Part shown: positions 26,991-38,310 of the stretch, in pieces
How the letters are laid out: each line of letters starts with the position of its first letter
Numbering within the stretch: the stretch's first letter is position 1
Made by a program: the position numbers and the translations under genes
The notes under the pieces: model-generated
The model's input: only the letters and a program-made list of their open reading frames with translations
Databases searched by the model: none
What the model was told of the DNA's origin: nothing
Assembly: GCF_009834535.1 (NCBI RefSeq)
Contig: NC_045707.1
Coordinates: forward strand, 49,664,001-49,728,000
Length of the DNA: 64,000 nt
DNA from: Camelus ferus
Lineage: Eukaryota
Direction of reading: 5' to 3'

Positions 26991-27559
26991 CATACGGCCT
27001 CTCTGAATAAAGCAGCAGAAATTTAGTGGTTCATGAAGGAGAGAGTAGCTAACAAATTACCTAATCTTTAGCAGTGTGATTCCTCTGTGGCTGCTCCAAG
27101 AGAAAAAGTTGAGTTCCTGGGCACTAAAAACTACTTGCAGCCTCTACCTCCCGCTTTACTTGGTGCTTTGAACTGCATCCAAATTAAATTCAACACTTAC
27201 GGTTTTCCAATGCCATTGTGAGTTAATGGTTCTTTTAATCTACATCTTATCTCCCAGCTGTAGTCTTTGTGGCTGTTCCTAACTCTTAAAGTGCCAGATC
27301 AAGGGATATGAGACTTCAGTAAATCCTTCAGAATTTAAGATTAATGAGAAGGAAAGAAATGTCTGATGTCAGTTAAATGATAATGTTTCTAAATAAAGAA
27401 GGAAAAAAAATACTTTGTCCTCTGCTTATTATGCAGATCAGGAACAGTAAGGAAGCATCTGTATAGATAGAAGACAAGTACCCAGGAAGGACCTCTTTGA
27501 ATAAAGGAATTAATAATAATATTCTCTCTACTATGAGTGTACTGCTGCTGGATCACCAC

Positions 27560-28270
27560 TGGCAGGGGCTGTGTGGTGAGTGCTTGATTTCTCATCCTGG
27601 TAATGTGAACAAGGAGGAAATGGTATTGTAGGTAGAGGACGAGACAGTGGAGGTGAGTTTTGGAGGCCATGGCTGCCCTTGAAGAGAACATCTCAAAAGT
27701 TCAGGAATATGTGTTAAGTGGGGAAGGAAAGAAGAGAAAGAATGAAGCTGGAAATGTAAAGAGAGGCCAGATTGTAAGAGGTTTGTAAAGTAATCCAGTG
27801 TGCTGATGGATGTGAATATTCCGTAGGAAATGGGAATCCACTAAATGATTTTATGGTGGCGTGACCGGCATATTTTTTCCTGTATATATGTGTACACAAT
27901 ATGTGCATACAGTTTCTGGAAGGCTCATTAATCTCCTGAAATCTTCCTTGAAGCCTCTAAGAGTTTCCAGAACTGAGACGAAAAATCTTTATACGAGTGA
28001 TGGTTGGATCTTGGGATAAGTCTCCCCACTCGGGCAGGGCAGGGTACGAAGAGAACAAAGCTAAGGAAAGAGCCTGGGGATGTCAATATTTATGAGACAG
28101 ACTGAAGGAGATGCTCTTCTAAAGAAAAATGAGCAAAACGGTCATGGGGGTAGCAAGGAATGGGCATAACTCAATCAAGGAAGGAGATTATTTCAAAGAA
28201 GAGGATACAGACTCACATAATGTAGAGACAAAGTAAGATGGTGATTAAAAGACATCATTTGGATTAGTGG
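27560..28270 (-). mobile_element. L2 fragments
   Basis: GGCCAGATTGTAAGAGGTTTGTAAAG, GTAGGAAATGGGAATCCACTAAATGATTTTA and GAGCCTGGGGATGTCAATATTTA. Confidence 0.6.
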
Positions 28271-28276
28271 ACACTT

Positions 28277-28728
28277 GCTGTTTGTTGCCCACTTTTTATT
28301 CTTCTACTTTCTGGGAAGAGAAGTCCGAATTCCTCTGAGAAATCTATGCCTTGCTTCTCCCATTCTCAGACATATGAATCGTTTGGGATTGACCCCAGAC
28401 CTAGTTCCAGAGGACTGCATCTTCCCGTGATAGTGATGGGTTCAGAGATGGGCACATAAAGACGGCCTGCTGAACCTTAGGATCTTATTAAAAATTCTGG
28501 GACATGGAGGCTCTGGATGTGAACAAGAAGACAAATGGCTTTGAGAGCTTCTGATGGCCATCTCAAGACAGAGGGCCAGAAAGAAGCCAGCCAGGTCATT
28601 GGTCATCTTGATAGGCCCTGGGTCAAACCTTTCCTAAAGCTAATCTACCTCTGAACGCTTTAATTTCATGAGCCCATTTAAATCAGATCTGCTGACACTT
28701 TCAACGGGAAGCATCCAAACTGATGCAT
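28277..28728 (+). mobile_element. Old MLT1 solo LTR (MLT1K/L-like)
   Basis: AGTGATGGGTTCAGAGATGGGCACA, GCCCTGGGTCAAACCTTTCCTAAAGC, TTTCATGAGCCCATT and 3' GCATCCAAACTGATGCA. Confidence 0.65.
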
Positions 28729-29159
28729 CTGTTTGCAGAAACCCAGCACAGGGATGATGACAGAACTAAGACTGCCGTAGGCTAATGAATGACTGAAAGA
28801 CGCAACACTTCAGCAACCCAAACTACGCACTTTATTTCTGCCGCAGATTTATTGTGGCCATGTGAAACAAAATACAAGTGTTTTTTGTTTTTTTTCATTC
28901 TTTTCCTCATACAGGCTTTAGGGAACATCAAAGAACAATGTATTCTCTTTTGGCTCCTTTTCTAGGACACAGGTGATAGCTCAAAATCTTAGGAGAAGAA
29001 TGTAAGTGATTCTTCCCCTAACTTATTAATGTAACCTGGTCAGCCAACATTGAATTTTACCCACCACTGTTCTTCCCCCTTCTTAGTAAGCTATGCAGTG
29101 TAGCTCTATTGACTTCAGATTTTCCTGCCCCCAAAAGCAAATCTAGACATTCTTCTGGA

Positions 29160-29700
29160 AACTCCTTATCCAAAACTCACCTCTTGCCTCAACCATTAAA
29201 ACTCACAATGACCTGCTTCCTTGTTTCCATTCTTTCAGTCTAGTCTCTGCACAGCAACCAGAGCAATCTTTTTTTTAAATGTAAAGTAGATCATTTTCGG
29301 AATTGCCCAGTTGCTTCCTACTGCTCTTAGAATTAAATGTTTAACAGGGTTTCTCTGATAAAAAATTAGATTATATCTGTAAAGAGCTTAGAACAGTGCC
29401 TGGAACACGTAAGCACCAAATGACTGTTAGGCTCATTATTACTTGTTCTCTCTGCCTGAAAAAAACCTTCTCCCACCACGTTCACTTAGTCAAATCTGTC
29501 TGTCTTCTTTAAGATTCACGTCAAGTATCTCCTCCTCTTTTCTAAGCAAAGGACTTTCTCCGTGGTGCTCCTGTGGAATCTAGCTCATGCCTATGTGATG
29601 AAATATACCAAGTTTATGTACAGTTACTGTGTTTACTGATCAGCATCAGTAAGCTCTGGACCATTTGGGTATCCAACACAAATAAATGCCTGTCATTTTG
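29160..29700 (+). mobile_element. L2 fragments with a nested MIR 3' piece (about 29345-29440)
   Basis: TCTGCACAGCAACCAGAGCAATCTTTTT and CTGCTCTTAGAATTAAA (L2); GTAAAGAGCTTAGAACAGTGCCTGGAACAC (MIR); TTGTTCTCTCTGCCTGAA (L2 resumes). Confidence 0.7.
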
Positions 29701-30174
29701 TGGCTGATATGTTCTATGAGTAAGTGAAATTGTGTTCACTGCTATTTCTTTGCCCACAGGCTTATGTATCCCAAACACTAGCAGGTTATCTTCTCTTACG
29801 GAACCCACATTCCACCTTTCCTAACTGGGACTGTTCATTATCATGGGTTCCTGACCATTAATACCTACCCTTTGTTACAGTTTCCAACCACTGACCAGAT
29901 GTCAAGGTGATCTTTACCTGTCAGTAGTAGCAACATCACTTATCCTCTAGAGCCCCTATTGTGCCAGAGAGGCCCTAGGTAATGTGGCAATTCTCTCTGA
30001 CATGGGTAACTGGGAGGCAGTGTGACCGAAGGGAAAAGGTCCCTACCAGGATTTGGGGAAATTCACTTACTATCTCTAAACTATCTCTAAACTTGGCTTC
30101 TTCACTTGCTGTGCACTTCAAGTGGAATAACAGAGACCATAATTCCATATAAATGTCAAAGGACTTTGACCACC

Positions 30175-30476
30175 CAGCACTGCACTCCCCATGCGGCAGC
30201 CATGGTCTACATGTGCTACTAAGCACTTGAAATGCAGCTAGTCCAAAAGGAATGGTGCTGTATGTGTAAAATGCACACCAGATTTCAGTGACTTAGTATG
30301 AAAATAGGGATGCAAAATATCTCATTAATAATGTTTATGTTAGGAATATTTTGCATATCATGGATTAAATAAAACATATTAAAATAATTTCACTTATTTC
30401 TTTTCACTTTTTCAATGTGGCTATTAAGAAATTTTAAATTATATATTTGGCTCACCTTCTATTTCTATTTCTACTG
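30175..30476. mobile_element. MER33-type hAT-Charlie element
   Basis: AGCACTTGAAATGCAGCTAGTCCAAA, GTGTAAAATGCACACCAGATTTC, AAATATCTCATTAATAAT and AATGTGGCTATTAAGAAATTTTAAATTATATAT. Confidence 0.85.
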
Positions 30477-31481
30477 ATCTAGAAAAGGACTCCCAACTTC
30501 TTATGCATCTGAAAACATGTTGCCATGAGCCTTGGTGCCAACAGCACCCTGCAGTTGGCTTTTCTGACTCCTACCAGAGCGGGTGGAGGACTTGTGCTAT
30601 AACGTCCTTGTGGGTACCAGTGCTGCATTTTCAAGAAGACTGGTAAACAGGAGGCAGAGGTGATACTGTGAAAGTCCTCTAGGCTAGCCTGCTCGCCCCG
30701 GGACTAGACCCCATCGCTGAGCTCATTCGCTCACTACTCGGGAGTGTTTATGTCCTCTCTTGGCTTCTGGCAATTCCTGTAATGTCTGTGTCCCTGTAGG
30801 TTTGAAATTATTTCTGATTCACAGTAGAGAAGTATCTTCGCATTGCTCTAAACATGCACAATTAATAGAGCAAATGCTGATATGATAGTAATGAAAGTAA
30901 AGTTTCTTTCTTATTTTGCTAGAGTGTTGTTAAATATCAGCAGAAGCAGATGTGTTTTCTGGTGGCTGCCTTTGGAATTGCTCCAGCAGCTATCTGCACT
31001 TCCTACTTAGAGCTTACCTCCCCAGAACATTAACTCGTTCCTTAACCAGAACTAAAATGGAAATCTAGTCACATCTCCATTTTTCTATTGGACACAGAAG
31101 TGAAAATAAGCTTCTGATAAAAGCCATGGAACAACCATCTGAAGGGGGAGAGCAGCAGTGACTCAGTCTGAGCACAGGAGGGTAGAAGGAAAGACCTCAC
31201 CGGTGAAAGGCCGGGCCTCGTCGGCCGTCAGTGCAGTTCCACTGGAGAGGAATCATAATTTCTTAATTAAAATGTAAGCAGAGAAGCATGACTGCAGAGG
31301 AATTGCAGGCATCTCAGTGACCAAAGAATGCATGCTCTTAGTCATCACTGTCATCTTATCATATTATTGCCTGTGTAGTTGAGGGAAAGAGGAGGGCGAA
31401 TGAGGTGGGGGAGAAGCCTGTGTGTGTTTGGGGTTTGTTTGGGGATGTATATATGAGGATCCTTACACCTGGGCCATTTCT

Positions 31482-31598
31482 TTCATTCATTCACTCAATG
31501 AGTACTTATTAACATCTACTACGGACCAGGGCGGTAACCTAAGCCCAGAGGATATAGCAGTGAACAAAGTCCCTGCTCCTAAGGACCTTATATTCTAG
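31482..31598 (-). mobile_element. L2 3' end
   Basis: TTCATTCATTCACTCAATGAGTACTTATTAACATCTACTA ... GATATAGCAGTGAACAAAGTCCCTGCTC. Confidence 0.85.
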
Positions 31599-32084
31599 CG
31601 GAAATTCCCTCAAGCGAGCTGTGTATCCCATATGTGTGATCTAAAGTTCTCTTAGTGCCTTTGCTTCAGTGGCCTGCATTTCGCATCTTTCTGAAGCCTT
31701 ATGAACTAACACATAGCATAAAATCCAGATTTAGAATTCAAGGGAGGAGGTGAGGGAGACTCAATTCTGAAACCCTCTTCTTACTGACAAAACCTTTAGA
31801 GTTCCATAAATAACTCCTACTGAAAGAAACCTTTGTTCTTTCTTTAAGACCGATAAGAAAAGGTAGCCCTTCTTACAGTTGGGTAAACAGGAATCACCTT
31901 GTTCCATATCTTCCTCCCTCCTCTTGAATCCACCTTTGATGCTTTTTCTGGTGTCTGCATCCCTGGCAGGGGACACACAGAGTGAACACAGTGCTGGAGG
32001 ATGCAGAGTTGAACTGTGGCAGCATCTCAGTGTGGAGACGGCTTTTCTGTGGGAGACAAAGGTCCATTTAGGGGGAGCAGGGGA

Positions 32085-32230
32085 GTCCTGCTCCTTCCAC
32101 AAACTAACTCTGGGACGTTGGACAAGTCACCAACATTCTTAGCCAAGTCACCAACATTCTTAGCCCTGGTTTTCCCTTCTTTAAGGTGCAGACATTAGAG
32201 TGGAGAATCTCTAAGCCTCCTCTCCGTCTT
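32085..32230 (+). mobile_element. MIR fragment containing a 21-bp tandem duplication
   Basis: ACTAACTCTGGGACGTTGGACAAGTCAC ... CTGGTTTTCCCTTCTTTAAGGTG. Confidence 0.65.
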
Positions 32231-34609
32231 CAGGGGTATATGCCTTTAAATAATTGATGTAACACCATTGAATAAAGACAGAGGAGTTAGGAAGTAGAAT
32301 AAAAGGTTGAAAAGGAATTTGTGGACTGTAATTGAGTAATTGATATTTATTGACAGCAATGGAAGATCAGTAATGAGAGAAAACCAGTGTGTCCTCTAAA
32401 AAGTGACTTGAGCAGAGTCACCTAGCAAACAGAGAATTATTCCTGCAGTGTCTTCTTGCCTTATATTTCAACAAGGCTTGACCTATTATACTTGGCAGTT
32501 TCTCAATTGAATTTGTCATATCTATATAAATTAGTCTACAGCTATAGCCAGCTGTTTTATCAGAAGTAACAGAATCTCTAAGCATATTTCCTATCAACCA
32601 ATATAAAAGCTAAATCTGGTATCTTCTAGAAACAACTTTTTGCCATGAAACCACAGACCTAAGCTAACATTGCTGTCCTTAGACAAAATGCACACACACT
32701 GAGGGCATTTACCCTGGAAATTCGGAGGGGAGGGGAGTGGTATTACTGCTACCTGATCTGCATTATGATTAGTGACTCAAAGATCGGGTAAAAATATGGC
32801 AGGAAAATTTCTTTCTACATTTTTCCCTTTCCTCCACCCCCAAATTGGAAAATATTCACATGGGGAATCCTTAGAAACGAAAAAACAATTTTAAAAAATA
32901 GCCTAATTTTTCCAGTCCTTCATATTTCTAATAATGGTGGGCCTGGCAGGTTCCACCAGTGTTTTCCAAACACTGCACAGACCACATAACTGATATAAAT
33001 AGAACTAGGTCTAAATAACTTATGAAAATAGCACTCAGGGCTCCTGCAGAGGCCATCTGTGAGGTGATCCTCTTCTAATGAGCCTGACTTCAGGGAGTCA
33101 CAGATTCACCCATTCTGATTCAAACCCTTTTGAGGGGATTGGATAACATTCTTTTTCTAGGGGAGAGGGGCCGGCAGAATTAGAAGAGGGGGAAGGGACG
33201 AGGGCTCAAGAATGGCCAAGAGGAAGCCAGTGTCTGAGTTCCAAAGACTAAAACCCATCGGGAACAAGCACAGCTTCTGTGATGGAATCCTTCTGCCACT
33301 GAAAACACTCAGTTCTGTGGTCCCTTCTCCCTGATGCTCAGTAAATACTGGACATTAAACACGTGGCATTTATTAAAACTTCCAATATTTACTTAACCAT
33401 CAGCTCTGTTTATTAGGCACATTTCCTGATGGAACTGGCACAGAATTTTGCTTGCCAACGCTGTGTATGATTTCTAGCCACTTGTTGATCAGAGACTAAA
33501 CCTAGGAGCCAAAGGAAGGTGAGGGGGAAGTTGGGGTTGGCGGTCTCGGGGTGAAGAGCAAGGGCGGAGAAGCCAGGGAAGGTCTGCTTAAATTGGAGGT
33601 GCTGTCTTAGACAGCAGGTTTAAATGGCCAGGGCAGTGGAGTCACTGGAAGCTATAAGAGAACAAGGGAAACGTCTTCATAACCTAATTGCTGATTTAAC
33701 CATTTCATTCTTTTTCACCCATTTTGTAACTTGGCAAACTCTGAGAATTCACCATAACAATCCCATATCAGATAAATGTAACTCTCTTAATTCCTCTGAG
33801 AATGCTCAGTACTGAAAGTATCCTTAAACAAATGTGTTTAGCCTCAATCTTGTAAAATGTTAAGGAAAATTAGACATTTGACTATAAGTATACTAAGATG
33901 GAGATTGTCTGTGGGCATTTCCATTAAGGTTTTGGGACTCTACGTTCAGAGGCACATGGCACTCTGATTATTGGACCTGATTTATAGTGACATACATTGA
34001 AAAACCTGAAATTTTTCAGACTACAGTAAAACCTGACAAAGGGATCAAGAATCAATAAGATGTGCACATACACAGAAATAAATTTTAATTCCCACTACCT
34101 TGAAAAGTAGCAAAGAGAGCCACAGACTTCTATATTACACCCATGTACATAAATGTTAATCATTTAAAACCTCAAGAAAACCATGGATTCTCAGCAGAAA
34201 GGCACTACACACAACATTTCAATATTTTAAAATGTTGTCATTTTAATTTTGTTTCAAAATTCAAAGATCATATACTTTTTAAAACTGATTATAAACTCAA
34301 CATTATTCAAAACACTTCCCTTAAAATTATTGAGGACCTAAGCTGTGCAAAAATTTCAAACTAGAAAAATCTAAGTGGGACTTGTTTTGTCTTGCTTTTT
34401 TGTTCTTAATACTCTCCAGCCACTGAAGCACTATCCCCATCCAGGGCTCATCTAAGGCACAAGCTTGCCCTCCCTGTCAGTGCTCTGGTCTTCCCTTCTT
34501 TCTTATTAAATCTGCCTTCACCCAGGTCTCACCACCCCCAGAAACCTCTGTTCCACTTTATACCATGATAATTAATCATCGAATAAACTTATCCATGGTA
34601 TCTAATATC

Positions 34610-35290
34610 TTTTATCCCAAATGTACCTAATGGTGAGAATCGACTCACTGGCTGATAAAAACATGGATTCCTGGACCTCACCTAGACCTTCTAACTTAGA
34701 CTCTCTAGGAGCCAAGCCTACCAATGTATTGTTTGATCAAGCATGCCTGGGTAACCTTGTATCATCCCGCAGGTTTGGGCTCCTTGGGTCAGTGGTTGGT
34801 TCTCAGCCCTGACTAAACAGTACATTCAACTGGTGATGCTCAGGCATTATACTGGACCAGTCACATCAGACTCTCTGTGGCTGGTCCCGAAGTATCAGTA
34901 GACTGTAAATGCTCCCTGGATGAATCTGTCATGCAATGAAAGATGAGAACTATAGATCCGTGTTTTTCAATATTTGGTCCACAAACTTACGCATCACTGG
35001 GAGTGCCCTGTGAAAACACAGATTCCTGGACCTCCACCTCAGATCTACTTAATCTGAAGCTTCGAGGGTGGAATCTGGGCAACTGAGTATTTAACAAGCT
35101 CCCAGGTAATTCTTTCTTACACAAAGTTCTGAAAAATCCTCCGCTTGGAGCCAGTGTTCATCATTAGGGCACATACCAGAAATTAAGAGAGCCTTGTAAC
35201 CTCTGCACTAGCTATGTTGCCTTAAGAGATGTAGAAAGGGTCCAGACAAGCCCTTCCATGCCCTCTCAGGTGATTTTGGTATGTGTTCTC
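34610..35290. mobile_element. Cluster of 3-4 abutting MER5-family hAT MITEs
   Basis: Recurring GATTCCTGGACCTC(C)ACCT, CAGTGGTTGGTTCTCAGCCCTGACT, TTTAACAAGCTCCCAGGTAATTCT and CTCAGGTGATTTTG. Confidence 0.75.
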
Positions 35291-37109
35291 CATTGAACAC
35301 ACTTACACTGAATTTTAATAGGTGAAAAAAATTCCCTAGGCTAGTAAGTTTGAGAAATGGTCAATTCTAGTTCTCTTTGATTTTCATAATACACCTTGTC
35401 ATCATAGGACTCATTCTGGGGAACCCTGCTTCAGTAAAATTCTTTAACTTTGATGGCTTTGTACATTATTTTACAAAATCCATAAACATTTTCTCAGTGA
35501 ACCCTTGAAGCACAGTTAAGAACAAGATACAGAAAAATTCAGTGATTGCCTAAAATCTCTGGTGGTAAGTGGCAGAGGGCTCCAGAACACAACGCTTTTG
35601 ACTCTCCGTTGTCAGAAGATCCTGTTGGTCTCCTTGCCCTGCAGCTGTGATTCAGGTGGTCCAGGAAGAGCCACATAAAAATACAATGATGAATTCCATT
35701 CTGAATTTCTTTTGTAGTTATTTTTTTCTTCTGAAATATTCCTTTGAACTGACTTTTCCTCTACTATGAAGAGAAGGAGGAAGAATAACACCCCAGAACA
35801 GGTGTTTGTCAAAATGGCAGCCTCCCACCACCAGATGACCCGTATCATCTCCCATCTGTCACCTCATTCATAGAGAACAAGAAATAATGCATTTTAGAAA
35901 AAAAATTCCTTATACGTGATATTGTGTCCTATTGCATTATTTCATTGATACTTTAATCTGTATTTTTAATATGTTCATAATCTAGATAATATCATACAGT
36001 GATATTAACTCCAAAGCCATTTTAATGCATGCCAAATAGACAAGTAGACAACTGCACATGCAATACTACAACAAAATGATAAAGCCCAGTGAAATGGGCA
36101 CCATAGTGCACTTCACCTTCTGGCCCCCTCTGTGATATTCAGACTGGGTATAATTAATTATAAAGTTCATTTGAAGGTGGTAGGAAAGCTATTCAAATGG
36201 TTACTTTTAAAGCAACCAATTAATAGCAGGTCTGGTTACCAGCTAGCTAATCAACTGATTTCCACCAATTGTTTTCAAAACATTTATAATAAATATAGTC
36301 TTTTCCAATAGAAAAAAAAAAAACTTCCACATGTATGTTATCTCACAACAACCCTGTGAAAATTAAATGAGAGACTCAAAGAAACTCAGTGTCTAGAAAT
36401 AAGTGGTACATCCAATATTTAATCCAAATCCATTGAATTTGTGTCTCTAAGTTCTTTTATCTCTAAAGAGACACAGGATACCTGATTACTTCTGTGCAGA
36501 TTATTTTAGCAATTTAGTGGAGAGGAAACTTTTTTTTATTTAAAAATACATTTTTATTACATCTCTCCTACTATTTTGTTTCCTGATAAAATTCTTTTGA
36601 GATGTATCTCACTATTAATACATTTGAAAGACAGTAAGCCTATTTAGTTTTATCTCTTACTTTGGGGTTTCAGTGACTTAGTGTCAAAGAAGTCTCCTGT
36701 GTTACTAGATACTGCTTTCATCAGACATAATGTTCTAAGTATGCTCATGCAAAAGTGTGCTCCTGAGATTCTGGAAGCTTTTGGAAAACCAGATCATATT
36801 CCAAAATGCTCTAAAAATGTTTGATATGAAAAGCAGACTGGTGATGACTCATTTTATAAAGTAAAATGCCCCTTTTTTATTAGGGGTTCTGCAGGACTGG
36901 CCCAGAAAGACTGACTGAATCTGAGGTTTACCAAGGGTGCCATCAGAAATGGACACAGCACAGGGCATGGCATTAAGTTAGCAGGAAGAGAAAAGAAGCC
37001 AGATAACCAGTGCTCATTCATTGTGAAGTGCAGAGGATGGAGCTCACACAGGAGGACAGACGAGGAAAAGAAAGTACCCATCAGTAAGATGAAAGGTTTA
37101 GCCTGCTCT

Positions 37110-37229
37110 TTATTCACCAGGTATTTATTAAGAACATACTATGTTTTGAGCAGTGGGCAGACTACTACAGACAGAAATACAGTTGTGAACAAGAGAAGCA
37201 TCTGATTTCATGGAAATTACTGTCTCAAC
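37110..37229 (-). mobile_element. L2 3' end, continuing at about 37940-38090
   Basis: TTATTCACCAGGTATTTATTAAGAACATACTATG ... ACAGTTGTGAACAAGA; distal part GAAGAAGTAATATTTAAACTGAGACTCAAAGA. Confidence 0.7.
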
Positions 37230-37721
37230 CAGTGTTTCTCAAACTTGGGGAACGTAAAGGTCTTCTTTTTATGGGCAAAAACAAATCCTCCCAGACACCT
37301 AGTGTTGATATAAATTAGTTGTGTTACAATGTTACATAAAAGTATATAAATATAAAACTAGATATGAATATATTCTGAGTCTAGTTCATGCAGTTATAAA
37401 AACTTATCAAAATTACAAAGAAAATGCAAGCACCAGTAAAACTCTAAGTAGCATCATTGAGTGTCTTAAAAGCCGTTTTGTTGAAACCAACAGTGACTTA
37501 CGTGTGCTTCAGTTCTATAACAAAGTGTGCTATTTCCCACATATGTCCTCTATAGGAACACCTATAAATCTTTGTTTAGGTGGCACAACTGTGAAACTGT
37601 TTGATCTTTGCTTGGCACAAATATTAGGGTTTACATGTTGGGATCACCTCTGTTCTACTCTGATTAATCCATGACAATTCAAAGGCCACTATTTGGTGCA
37701 AACATAATTGAAAAAATACTT
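37230..37721. mobile_element. hAT-Charlie-like non-autonomous element of unassigned family, inserted in L2
   Basis: Begins CAGTGTTTCTCAAAC, ends TTGAAAAAATACT (degenerate inverted copy), and interrupts an L2. Confidence 0.55.
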
Positions 37722-38134
37722 ATCTATATCCATCTGTCTATCTATACGTATGTGTGAGTGATTATAGTCATAAGGAAAATACAAAATTTAACTAATCTTG
37801 ATGATGACTGATAGACCCCTCCCTCAAGAATACATCTGTTCATCCCTTTTACCAAGAGAGGTAGGATGAGGAACTTGACTAGAAGAGCAGCGCTCTGGTG
37901 GGGATGACAGACTCTAAATGAGCTACTAGAGATATCGTGGGCTTCACTGAAAGGGACATTGTTATGAGGACACAGCAGAGAGAGCACTGGTCAGGCCCTT
38001 AGGGGATGGGCACCTTTTGAAGAAGTAATATTTAAACTGAGACTCAAAGAAAGAATTTTATCTTAACCAGGAAAAGAGTAGGGGGGAAGAGGAAGGCTAA
38101 TTTTCAACCTGTTAGCACCAGGATATCTATGCAC

Positions 38135-38310
38135 CACTTCGGATTTGTCACTGGCCTTGTGGGACTTGTTAAATATTTTGTATTTACCCGTCGGCTGAAA
38201 GAATCCTCATATATGGAATAGGGACTGTAATACCAACTCCATTGCATTCTCGGGAGCATTCAGTGAGTTAGACTCTGCTGGTACTTGGCACAGTGCCTGG
38301 GATAGAGCGG
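38135..38310 (+). mobile_element. MIR
   Basis: ATCCTCATATATGGAATAGGGACTGTAATACCAACTC ... TACTTGGCACAGTGCCTGG. Confidence 0.65.

Noticed and set aside
30070..30093. 11-bp tandem duplication CTATCTCTAAA
   Set aside because: Ordinary slippage-size duplication with no further structure
34879..34900. GGCTGGTCCCGAAG resembling a Y RNA 5' end
   Set aside because: No Y RNA 3' stem or oligo-T terminator; it lies within a MER5-type element
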